Source: an uncultured Planctomycetia bacterium (lineage in GTDB: Bacteria > Planctomycetota > MHYJ01 > WSZJ01 > CAZYRM01). Taken from it: a stretch of DNA of 64,000 nucleotides. Both the position numbers and the translations under genes were made by a program. The stretch lies in the NCBI GenBank assembly GCA_964649705.1, contig CAZYRM010000006.1:6306-70305 (forward strand), written 5' to 3'. The notes beneath the pieces are model-generated. The model was not told where the DNA came from, ran no database searches, and worked only from the letters and a program-made list of their open reading frames with translations. Of the stretch, positions 7,340-15,949 are shown piece by piece; the first letter of the stretch is position 1, and the number at the start of each line of letters is the position of its first letter.

Positions 7340-8848
7340 ATGCCCGACCGCCACAGGAACTTCATCCACGGGGAGTGGCGCGACGCGCGCTCCGGCCTGA
7401 CGTTCCCCGACATCAACCCGTCCGACACGGACGACCTGATCGGCTTCTTTCCCCAGTCAGGGCCCGAGGACGTCGACGACGCCGTCACGGCCGCCGCGAA
7501 CGCCCTTCCCGCGTGGCGCAGGACGCCGGCGCCGAAGCGGGCGGAGCTCATGTTCCGCGTAGGCGAGATCATGACGCGGCGCAAGGAGGAGCTCTCGCGC
7601 CTCATGACGCGGGAGATGGGAAAGGTCCTCTCGGAGGCCCGCGGCGACGTCCAGGAGGCGATCGACACCGCCTACCACATCGCGGGGGAGGGGAGGCGGC
7701 TGCACGGGATCACGACCCCCTCGGAGCTGCCCGACAAGTGGGCGATGACGATCCGCCAGCCGATCGGCGTGGCGGGGCTCATCACGCCGTGGAACTTCCC
7801 GATCGCCATCCCGACGTGGAAGAGCTTCCCGGCCCTCGTCGCGGGGTGCACGGTCGTCCTCAAGCCCGCCGAGGACACGCCGCTCTGCGCGACGGAGCTG
7901 GTCAGGGTCTTCCACGAGGCCGGCTTCCCGGCGGGGACGGTGAACCTGGTCCACGGAGGCGGTCCGGACGTCGGCGCGCCGCTCGTGAGGCACAAGGATG
8001 TCGGCGTGGTGAGCTTCACCGGGTCGAGCGAGGTGGGCCGCCAGATCGCCGAGTCGTGCGGGCGGGCGCTCAAGCGGTGCTCGCTGGAGATGGGCGGGAA
8101 GAATGCGCAGATCGTGCTCGAGGACGCCGACCTCGACCTGGCGATCCAGGGCTCGCTCTGGGGGGCGTTCGCGACGACGGGCCAGCGCTGCACGGCGACG
8201 AGCCGGATCATCGTGCAGCGCTCGATCCACGACCGATACGTCGAGCGGCTGGCGGCCGAGGCGGCGAGGGTCCGCATCGGCTACGGCCTCGAAGATGGCA
8301 TCCAGATGGGCCCGCTCATCAACGAGGGGCAGCGGACCACGGTCGCGAAGTACGTCGACATCGGCAAGGCGGAGGGCGCGCGGCTCGTCTGCGGCGGTGC
8401 GGCGTACCGGGAGGGGCGCTGCGCGCGGGGCTTCTTCTTCCAGCCGACGGTGTTCGACCGGGTCACCCCGAGCATGCGCATCGCGCGCGAGGAGATCTTC
8501 GGGCCCGTCGCCTCGGTGATCGCGGTCGATGACCTCGATCAGGCGATCCAGGTCCTGAACGGGACCTCGTACGGCCTGTCGTCGAGCATCTACACGCGCG
8601 ACGTGGCCGGGGCCTTCCGCGCGATGAGCGAGATCGAGTGCGGGATTGTGTACGTGAACGGCCCGACGATCGGCGCGGAGACGCACCTGCCGTTCGGCGG
8701 GTGGAAGGACACGGGGAACGGGCACCGGGAGGGGGGCGTGAGCGCTTTCCAGGCGTTCACCGAGGAGAAGACCATCTACGTGGATTACAGCGGCCGCCTG
8801 CAGCGGGCGCAGATAGACAACCAACCCGCCTTGGAGTCGCGCCCGTAA
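7340..8848 (+). CDS. NAD(P)+-dependent aldehyde dehydrogenase family protein
   Basis: PWNFP, GGKNA... ELGGK-like (LEMGGKNAQIV), catalytic Cys region TGQRCTA, EEIFGPV; 502 aa. Confidence 0.85.
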   Translation: MPDRHRNFIHGEWRDARSGLTFPDINPSDTDDLIGFFPQSGPEDVDDAVTAAANALPAWRRTPAPKRAELMFRVGEIMTRRKEELSRLMTREMGKVLSEARGDVQEAIDTAYHIAGEGRRLHGITTPSELPDKWAMTIRQPIGVAGLITPWNFPIAIPTWKSFPALVAGCTVVLKPAEDTPLCATELVRVFHEAGFPAGTVNLVHGGGPDVGAPLVRHKDVGVVSFTGSSEVGRQIAESCGRALKRCSLEMGGKNAQIVLEDADLDLAIQGSLWGAFATTGQRCTATSRIIVQRSIHDRYVERLAAEAARVRIGYGLEDGIQMGPLINEGQRTTVAKYVDIGKAEGARLVCGGAAYREGRCARGFFFQPTVFDRVTPSMRIAREEIFGPVASVIAVDDLDQAIQVLNGTSYGLSSSIYTRDVAGAFRAMSEIECGIVYVNGPTIGAETHLPFGGWKDTGNGHREGGVSAFQAFTEEKTIYVDYSGRLQRAQIDNQPALESRP

Positions 8849-8852
8849 GGGC
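8833..8852 (+). repeat. 20-nt repeat GGAGTCGCGCCCGTAAGGGC, copy 2; hairpin GCGCCC-GTAA-GGGCGC at 8839-8854 with stop codon in loop
   Basis: identical to 7302-7321. Confidence 0.6.
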
Positions 8853-8896
8853 GCGGTGGATCGACGCCCGTGAGGGCGTCGTATGAGGTGAACGCC

Positions 8897-9961
8897 ATGC
8901 CTGTGACTGAAGCCGACGTCCTGAAGCACCTGTCCAAGGTCGCCGACCCTGAGTTGGGACGCGACATCGTCTCGCTCGGAATGGTGAAGGACGTCAAGAT
9001 CGACGGGGGCGTCCTCGCGTTCGAGTTCGAGCTGACGACGGCCGCCTGTCCCATCCGCGAGAAGTTCGAGGGGGACGTCCGGAAGGCCGCGGAGGCGATC
9101 CCGGGCATCCGAGAGGTCCGGATCAAGGTCACCGCTCGCCCGGCGGCCGCCGGCAAGGTCGGGGCAATGATCCCGGGCGTGCGCAACGTGATCGCCATCG
9201 CGAGCGGAAAAGGGGGCGTCGGGAAGTCGACCGTGACCGCGAACCTCGCCCTCGCCCTCGCGAACGCCGGTACGCGCGTCGGCCTCATGGACGCCGACGT
9301 CTACGGGCCGAGCATCCCGATCATGTTCGGCATCACGAAGGAGAAGCCCGTCGGCGTCGGGGACAAGATCACGCCGATCGAGCGCTACGGCATCAAGATC
9401 ATCTCCGCGGGGTTCTTCATCGCGGAGGGGGAGGCGCTGATCTGGCGCGGGCCGATGCTCGCGGGGATCGTGAAGCAGTTCCTGACCGACGTCGCGTGGG
9501 GGGAGCTCGACTACCTCCTCGTCGACCTGCCCCCGGGCACCGGAGACGTCCAGCTCACGCTCTCCCAGATGATCCCGCTCACCGGCTCGGTGATCGTGAG
9601 CACGCCTCAGGACGTGGCGCTGATGGTCGCCGCGAAGGCGATCTACATGTTCCAGAAGCTTAACGTCCCGATCCTCGGGATCATCGAGAACATGGCCTGG
9701 TTCTCCTGCCCGCACTGTCACGAGCGCACCGACATCTTCGGCAGCGGCGGGGCGCGGAAGGCGGCCGACCGGGCGGGATACGTCTTCCTCGGAGAGGTCC
9801 CGCTCGACTCGGAGATCCGCGAGGCGGGGGACAAGGGGAAGCCGATCGTCCTGGCGCAGCCCGACTCGACGCTGTCGAAGGCGTTCACGCAGGTCGCCTT
9901 CAACATGGCGGGCCAGGTCTCTGTGCGCAACCTGACGACGGAAGAGATCAAGGTAGGGTAG
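8897..9961 (+). CDS. apbC: Mrp/ApbC/NBP35 family Fe-S cluster carrier ATPase with N-terminal DUF59 (MIP18-like) domain
   Basis: Walker A AIASGKGGVGKST, CPHC (FSCPHCHE) motif, DUF59-like N-term; GAGGTG RBS. Confidence 0.85.
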   Translation: MPVTEADVLKHLSKVADPELGRDIVSLGMVKDVKIDGGVLAFEFELTTAACPIREKFEGDVRKAAEAIPGIREVRIKVTARPAAAGKVGAMIPGVRNVIAIASGKGGVGKSTVTANLALALANAGTRVGLMDADVYGPSIPIMFGITKEKPVGVGDKITPIERYGIKIISAGFFIAEGEALIWRGPMLAGIVKQFLTDVAWGELDYLLVDLPPGTGDVQLTLSQMIPLTGSVIVSTPQDVALMVAAKAIYMFQKLNVPILGIIENMAWFSCPHCHERTDIFGSGGARKAADRAGYVFLGEVPLDSEIREAGDKGKPIVLAQPDSTLSKAFTQVAFNMAGQVSVRNLTTEEIKVG

Positions 9962-10028
9962 TCCCACGGAACGGATCTACCTGGACCACGCCGCGACCAC
10001 GCGCCCGCGCCCGGAGGTCCTCTCCGCG

Positions 10029-11114
10029 ATGCGGGAGGCCGACGAGCGCGCCTGGGCGAACCCGTCGAGCCTCCACGCCGACGGGATGGCCGCGCGGAGG
10101 CTCGTCGAGGGGGCCCGAGAGACGGTCGCTCGCGTGGTCGGAGGCGATCCGCGGGAAATCGTGTTCACCAGCGGGGGGACCGAGAGCGACAACCTCGCGG
10201 TGATCGGGATGGCCCGGGCGCTCCGGGCCAGGGGGCGCCACGTGGTGACCTCGCGGATCGAGCACCACGCCGTGCTGCACGCCTGCGACGCGCTGGCCAG
10301 AGAGGGCTTCGAGATTGGTTTCGTCGGCGTCTCGCCCTCCGGGGCTGTCGACCCGGACGAGGTTGCCCGCGCGCTGCGGCCCGACACGGTCCTCGTCTCC
10401 GTGATGCAGGCGAACAACGAGACCGGGGCGATCCAGCCGATCGCGGAGATCGCGCGGCGCTGCCGCGAACGCGGCGTTCTCGTCCACACGGATGCGGTGC
10501 AGGGCGCCGGAAAGGTCGCCATCGACGCGCGTTCGCTCGGCGTGGACGCGCTCTCGATCTCGGCCCACAAGCTCCACGGGCCGAAGGGCGCGGGCGCGCT
10601 CTGGCTTCGCGCGGGGGTCCCGATCGAGCCTCTCCTGCACGGAGGGGGCCACGAGCGTCAGCTCCGCGCCGGGACGGAAAACGTGGCGGGAATCGTGGGC
10701 CTCGCGCGGGCGCTGGAGCTCGCGGAGGCGGATCGCGCCGCGGACGTGCCGCGGATCGCGGCGCTCCGCAATCGACTTGAAAAGGGGATCTTGGACCGCA
10801 TCCAGGGCGTCCGCGTGAACGGCGCGAACCGCGTCGCGGGCCTGCTCAACGTCTGCTTCGACGCGATCGAGGGGGAGGGCGTCGTCCTGATGCTCTCGCA
10901 CCAGGGGATTTCATGCTCCACGGGCTCGGCGTGCACCTCGTCGAGCCGCGAGCCCTCCCACGTCCTCGCCGCGATGGGCGTGCCCCCGCGGACGGCCCAG
11001 GGCAGCGTCCGCTTCTCGCTCGGCCGCGACAACGACGAGGCGCAAATCGACGCGACGCTCGACGCGCTCGTGTCCGTCGTGCAGCGTCTCCGCGCCATGA
11101 GCCCGTTCGCGTAG
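10029..11114 (+). CDS. iscS: cysteine desulfurase (NifS/IscS class I aminotransferase V); conserved N-terminus (IYLDHAATT) lies upstream of first ATG with no canonical start
   Basis: SAHKLHGPKG (PLP-Lys), SSGSACTS active-site Cys loop; conserved region begins at about 9975 in same frame after TAG at 9954. Confidence 0.8.
   Translation: MREADERAWANPSSLHADGMAARRLVEGARETVARVVGGDPREIVFTSGGTESDNLAVIGMARALRARGRHVVTSRIEHHAVLHACDALAREGFEIGFVGVSPSGAVDPDEVARALRPDTVLVSVMQANNETGAIQPIAEIARRCRERGVLVHTDAVQGAGKVAIDARSLGVDALSISAHKLHGPKGAGALWLRAGVPIEPLLHGGGHERQLRAGTENVAGIVGLARALELAEADRAADVPRIAALRNRLEKGILDRIQGVRVNGANRVAGLLNVCFDAIEGEGVVLMLSHQGISCSTGSACTSSSREPSHVLAAMGVPPRTAQGSVRFSLGRDNDEAQIDATLDALVSVVQRLRAMSPFA
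11088..11114 (+). repeat. direct repeat A (CTCCGCGCCATGAGCCCGTTCGCGTAG), 3' end of nifS
   Basis: 25/27 identical to 12581-12607. Confidence 0.7.
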
Positions 11115-11234
11115 AGCCGACTGCAACGCCCTTGGGTCCGAAGACGGCCAGGTCGTCCAGGTGGCCTTCCTGCAGGACCAGAAGCATAAGACTCTGGCCT
11201 TGACTGGAGGCCACCTGTCCGCGATACTTCCTCC

Positions 11235-12563
11235 ATGTCCCTGCACCCGGTCCTGGAGGAGAAGCTCAATGCCGCCCTTGCCCCGGCGCCGCCGGTCACG
11301 CTCACGCGGCGCGAGGCACGGCTCCCCGAGGTTCCAGGAAAGGTGAATGCCGTCATCGGGATGCGCCGCGTCGGTAAGACCACGTTCCTCCGTCAACGGC
11401 TCCAGGAACTCCGGGCCGATGTGCCGCCCGAGCGCGCACTCTACCTCGGTTTCGACGACGATCGGCTCGTTGGACTCGAATTGGACCAGCTCGGCTCCCT
11501 GATCGAGGAGCACTATCGACGGTACCCCGCGCTGCGCGGCCGTGAAACCGTGCACTGGTTCTTCGACGAGATCCAGTTCGTGTCCGGCTGGGAGCGTTTC
11601 GTGCGTCGCATCCTCGACTCCGAACGAGTCGAAGTCGTCGTCTCAGGATCCTCGTCGCGGATGCTGTCACGCGAGGTTCACACGTCGCTCCGCGGTCGGG
11701 GAATGGCGACGGTCATCCGGCCCTTCAGCTTTCGCGAGTTCCTCCGTCATCGTGGCGAAGAGCCTGCGAAGGAGCCCAGGCGCTGGACCGCCGCCGAGCG
11801 ATCGCTCGTGGAGAAGCGCTTCCGCGAGTTCCTGATCGAAGGGGGGTTTCCGGAGGTCCAGGGGCTGGCGCCGACACTACGCCTCGACCTGCTGCAGGGC
11901 TACGTGGACACCGTGGTCTTCCGCGACGTAGTGGAGCGCCACGGCGTGACGCAGGTGTCGGCTCTGCGGTGGCTCGTGCGCCACTGCCTGCGAAACTCCG
12001 CAGCGAGGTTCAGTGTCCACCGCCTGACCCAGGACCTCCGGTCACAGGGGCACGGCGTGGCGAGAGATGCGGTGCACGCCTTCCTGGGACAGCTCACGGA
12101 TGCCTTCCTTCTCACCGCGGTGCCGGTGGCGACTGATTCGGAGCGACGGCGCAATTCCAATCCGCGCAAGATCTACCTCGCCGACCCCGGGTTCATCGGG
12201 GCGTTCGACGTCAGCGGCCGCGCGAACACCGGCCATGCGCTCGAAACCGTCGTCCTGAACGAGCTGGAGCGGCGCGGTGCCGAGACGGGCTACGTGATCA
12301 CGGCGGAGGGGTTCGAGGTGGACTTCCTCGCCCGACACCGTTCGGCGGGCGAGGAGCTGCTGCAGGTGTGCGCGGACCCCACGACGACGGATACGGGCGC
12401 GCGCGAGCTGCGAGCGCTCGCCGGGGCCGCGAAGGAGCATCCGCGCGCGGCATTGCGGCTGCTCGTGCTCGATCGCGAGGGAGCTGTGCGCATGAAGGCG
12501 CCCGGGGTACGGGTCCAACCCGCCTACGAGTGGCTGCTGGGAGGGGAGGGCGTTTCCCCGTAG
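11235..12563 (+). CDS. AAA+ ATPase with DUF4143 domain (AAA_14/DUF4143 family)
   Basis: Walker A GMRRVGKTT, Walker B HWFFDEIQ, C-terminal DUF4143-like region; flanked by duplicated nifS 3' end. Confidence 0.7.
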   Translation: MSLHPVLEEKLNAALAPAPPVTLTRREARLPEVPGKVNAVIGMRRVGKTTFLRQRLQELRADVPPERALYLGFDDDRLVGLELDQLGSLIEEHYRRYPALRGRETVHWFFDEIQFVSGWERFVRRILDSERVEVVVSGSSSRMLSREVHTSLRGRGMATVIRPFSFREFLRHRGEEPAKEPRRWTAAERSLVEKRFREFLIEGGFPEVQGLAPTLRLDLLQGYVDTVVFRDVVERHGVTQVSALRWLVRHCLRNSAARFSVHRLTQDLRSQGHGVARDAVHAFLGQLTDAFLLTAVPVATDSERRRNSNPRKIYLADPGFIGAFDVSGRANTGHALETVVLNELERRGAETGYVITAEGFEVDFLARHRSAGEELLQVCADPTTTDTGARELRALAGAAKEHPRAALRLLVLDREGAVRMKAPGVRVQPAYEWLLGGEGVSP

Positions 12564-12580
12564 CCCCTGCCGTCCAGAGC

Positions 12581-12607
12581 CTCCGCGCGCTGAGCCCGTT
12601 CGCGTGA
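12581..12607 (+). repeat. direct repeat B (CTCCGCGCGCTGAGCCCGTTCGCGTGA), duplicate of nifS 3' end, encodes ...LRALSPFA*
   Basis: 25/27 identical to 11088-11114; extended similarity for about 40 nt. Confidence 0.7.
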
Positions 12608-12620
12608 CGCGGGTCCCGCC

Positions 12621-14693
12621 CTACAGGTGCGCGCGGAAGTACTCGACCACGCGCTCCTCCATGTTTCGCCGGTCCTTCTGGCTGCGCGGGACGTGGCGCT
12701 CCTCCGGGTAGAGGAGCAGGTCGACCTTGCGATTCGCCTTCGCGAGCGCGTCCAGGAACCGCGACGTGTGGCGGAAGTGCACGTTCTCGTCGATCATCCC
12801 GTGGACGATCAGGAGCTTCCCGCGGAGCTTCTCGGCGTGCGTCATCGCGCTGGCCTCCCGGTACCCCGCCGGGTTGTCCTGAGGCCGACGCATGTAGCGC
12901 TCGGTGTAGAACGTGTCGTAGCCGTCCCACGAGGTCACCGGCGCCCCGGCGACGCCGACCTTGAACACGTCGGACGCCTTGAGCAGGCAGAGGATCGTCA
13001 TGTACCCGCCGTAGGACCAGCCGTACATGCCGACGCGGTCGCCATCGACCCAGCCCCGGGACTGCGCGTATCGCACGCCATCCACCTGGTCGTCGACCTC
13101 CACGGTGCCCATGCGCCGCAGGATCTCGCCCTCGAACGCCAGCCCGCGCCGCGCGCTGCCGCGGTTGTCCACAGACATCACCACGAAACCCTGCGAGGCC
13201 AGGTACTGCGCGCGCAGGTCGACCGTCGTGCCCCAGGAGTCGAGCACGCTCTGCGCGTGCGGGCCCCCGTAGACGTCCACGATGAGCGGCGCCGGCAGGC
13301 GGGCGGGGAGGGTCACGACGCCGTGGAGCGTGACGCCGCTCCGGTTCCGGAACGTGAAGAGCTCCGGGGTTGCGAGGCGGACGTCGATCTCGGCGGGTTG
13401 GTGGAGCACGTGGATCGACCGGGCGTGGACCGTGATGGTCGGGGGGGCGAGCGTGGAGTGGAAGGTGTCGGCCCAGGCGGAAAGGTCCTTCGCGAACACC
13501 GCGCCGTGCATGCCAGGCTCGCTCGTCCAGGGCTCCGGCTCGCCGCCCTCGAGCGACGCGACGAGGACGTGACTCTCGACCGGTGAGGTCGCCGCGTGGA
13601 ACGCGACCCGCCGGTCTTCCTCGTCGAGCGTGACGCCTCCGCAGGGGAACATGGTCTCCGTCACGGGGCGGCACTCGCTACCGTCTGGCGAGTAGAGGTA
13701 GAGCTGCCGGTACCCGGTGCGCTCCGACGACCACAGGAACTCCCCGGTCGCGCGGACGAATCGGAGGTCGTCGTGGAGGTTGACCCAGATGACGCTTGCC
13801 TCGTTCAAGAGCGCCATCCGTCGCCCGGTCCGGGGCTCGTAGGCCCACAGATCGAGCCGCGTCTGGTCTCGGTCCATGGTCTGGACGAACAGGCGGCCGT
13901 CGGGGTGCCAGTCCACACGGCACAGGTACTCGGCGTCCTCCAGGTCGAGCCAGGTGACGGGCCCTCCGCGGGCGGCGACCACACCCAGGCGGGCCCGCGC
14001 GTTTTCGCCGCCGGCGAACGGGTAGCGGTGCTCCTCCAGGTCGTGCGGCTCGGCTGTCCCCCAGTGCGGGATGCGGAAGAGGGGGATGTGCCGCTCGTCG
14101 ACCTGCTCGAAGGCCAGACGCTCCCCGTCTCGGCTCCACCAGAAGCCCTGGGACCGGCCCATTTCCTCCTGGGCGACGTACTCGGCCAGCCCGTTCGTGA
14201 CTCCGGGCGCGGCGCCATGGGTCAGGCGTCGCTCCTGGCCGTCTGCCACGTCGAGGCACCAGAGCTCCCCGTCGCGGACGAAGGCGACCCGGCGGCCGTC
14301 CCGGGAGAGCCGAGGCGAGAGGGCATTCCCCCCGACGCGGCGCGCGCGGCCTCCCTCGACGACCCACAGCTCGCCGCGAAGGGGCACGAGGACGACCTCC
14401 GCGTCCTCGGCCCACTCGTAGTGCGTCACGCCCGTGTGGAGCAGCCGCTCGCGCTCGCGTCGAAGCTGCTCCTCGCGCGAGATGTTCTCCTCGGTGACGC
14501 CCGTCTCCGGGGCGAAGAACAGCGAGGTCTCACCGGTCGCGACATCCATGGACCACAGACGCCGATTCAGGCCGCCGTCGGGGTCGTGGAGGAAGGTCAG
14601 CAGCCGTCCGCTCGGGGAGAAGGCGAGCTTGGCGGGGACGGCCGTCCCTGGCGCGGGGATGTGCGCCACGAGGTCCAGCGTCAGCTCTCGCAT
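12621..14693 (-). CDS. S9 family peptidase (DPP-IV/prolyl oligopeptidase-like) with N-terminal beta-propeller
   Basis: GWSYGGYMT nucleophile elbow, C-terminal D...H triad region, TolB-like propeller repeats N-terminal. Confidence 0.8.
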   Translation of the reverse strand: MRELTLDLVAHIPAPGTAVPAKLAFSPSGRLLTFLHDPDGGLNRRLWSMDVATGETSLFFAPETGVTEENISREEQLRRERERLLHTGVTHYEWAEDAEVVLVPLRGELWVVEGGRARRVGGNALSPRLSRDGRRVAFVRDGELWCLDVADGQERRLTHGAAPGVTNGLAEYVAQEEMGRSQGFWWSRDGERLAFEQVDERHIPLFRIPHWGTAEPHDLEEHRYPFAGGENARARLGVVAARGGPVTWLDLEDAEYLCRVDWHPDGRLFVQTMDRDQTRLDLWAYEPRTGRRMALLNEASVIWVNLHDDLRFVRATGEFLWSSERTGYRQLYLYSPDGSECRPVTETMFPCGGVTLDEEDRRVAFHAATSPVESHVLVASLEGGEPEPWTSEPGMHGAVFAKDLSAWADTFHSTLAPPTITVHARSIHVLHQPAEIDVRLATPELFTFRNRSGVTLHGVVTLPARLPAPLIVDVYGGPHAQSVLDSWGTTVDLRAQYLASQGFVVMSVDNRGSARRGLAFEGEILRRMGTVEVDDQVDGVRYAQSRGWVDGDRVGMYGWSYGGYMTILCLLKASDVFKVGVAGAPVTSWDGYDTFYTERYMRRPQDNPAGYREASAMTHAEKLRGKLLIVHGMIDENVHFRHTSRFLDALAKANRKVDLLLYPEERHVPRSQKDRRNMEERVVEYFRAHL

Positions 14694-14748
14694 GTCGGCA
14701 CGCTTCCAAAACGAGCTCGAGGAGTCTAGCGTGCGGCCTCTCGTCGGC

Positions 14749-15615
14749 CTAGCGGTACTGCGCGGCCTGCATGCGGACGACCTTGAGGACCTCGATCGCG
14801 CGGCGGTACCGATCTTCCAGCCAGCGGTCGTTCGGCAGGATGTCGAAGACGCTCGCATAGCCGCCGGCCGCCTTTCGGATCTCGGCGAGGCAGGTCGTGA
14901 TCTCCTTGCCGCGCACGTCGTCGTTGCGTGATGCCCGGAACGCCTCGTGGTGGACCAGGCTCGCATCGAAGGCCTGGTTCGCCTCCTCGATCCTGGCCTT
15001 GATCGCGGGGTCGGCGTAGTCGGGCTGGGGGCCCTCCTTCGTGACCTCCCAGTCTCCGGTCAGGGGCGGCGCTTCTTCCTCGGGCGCGGCAGATCCGGTG
15101 GGCTCCTCGGGCGTGTCGGGCTGTTCGGGAGGGGCCGGCGTCGGGGGGCCCGGCTGCGGCGGGGCAGGGTCCTGCCCGGGCGGCGTAGGCTTCCGGGCGA
15201 CGGGGCGCTCCTTCTCCTCGATCCGGTCCATCTCCTCGCGACCGAACTTGACCATGCCAATCTTCATGAAGAGCTCCACGGTGTTCTTCCGCAGGACGAG
15301 GTCTCCCGCGAAGTGCCGTCCGTCCTTGAGGAAGAGGTCGCCGTAGACGGGGTCGATCTCCTCGACCGGCGCGAGGACCTTGTTCGCCGCGGGCTTCGCT
15401 TCGCCCTTCTGGATGGTCTCGATCTCCTCGGCCTTGAAGTGCGCGGAGCCGAACTTGAGCTCGACGTCGACGGAGGAGTCGGCGCGCACGGTGATCTTGC
15501 CCTCGATATGCCGCCCGTCCTTCAGGACGACCACGCCCTTGAACGGCGCCGCGGGGTCGTCGGCCGAGAGGAGTGCCACCGTGGTCAGGAGCAGGAGCGC
15601 GATTCGTCGTCCCAT
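14749..15615 (-). CDS. secreted hypothetical protein with duplicated LKDGRH motifs and Pro-rich linker
   Basis: signal peptide MGRRIALLLLTTVALLSA; two VLKDGRH/FLKDGRH repeats. Confidence 0.45.
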   Translation of the reverse strand: MGRRIALLLLTTVALLSADDPAAPFKGVVVLKDGRHIEGKITVRADSSVDVELKFGSAHFKAEEIETIQKGEAKPAANKVLAPVEEIDPVYGDLFLKDGRHFAGDLVLRKNTVELFMKIGMVKFGREEMDRIEEKERPVARKPTPPGQDPAPPQPGPPTPAPPEQPDTPEEPTGSAAPEEEAPPLTGDWEVTKEGPQPDYADPAIKARIEEANQAFDASLVHHEAFRASRNDDVRGKEITTCLAEIRKAAGGYASVFDILPNDRWLEDRYRRAIEVLKVVRMQAAQYR

Positions 15616-15949
15616 CTGTCTCACGGCATGCCCTCCCATCGGCGGCGGGTCCCATCGAGCGCGGAGATTGTATGGTCTCGACGCGAGTCGGGTCCAGCCG
15701 CGAGGTTGGTTGGTCCGCTATGCGCTCGGATCCCAGACCGGTCTGGAGTCATCTGTTTGATGGGCGTGCCGACCGTTCCGCAGCACCACCCTCAGAAGCC
15801 CGCTGACCGCCGCGTGCCCCGAGCCGCAACCGCATCGCGCGCAGTCTTGGCCATGGAGCCGCTGCGGCTCTCGGTACATCGCAAAACGGTACGGACCGAT
15901 TTACGATACCCCGTAAAACGGTCCGAGCGCGCGGAGGGGGCGCGCGCGG

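Noticed and set aside
7457-9967. 836-aa minus-strand ORF and many similar long ORFs (e.g. 471-1313-, 2523-3788+, 2791-3909-, 12298-13674-, 16743-18809-, 19932-23000-, 20132-23779+, 25070-26848-, 50495-51973-)
   Set aside because: Arg/Gly/Pro-rich low-complexity translations lying antisense or out of frame over well-conserved genes; typical high-GC open-frame artifacts.
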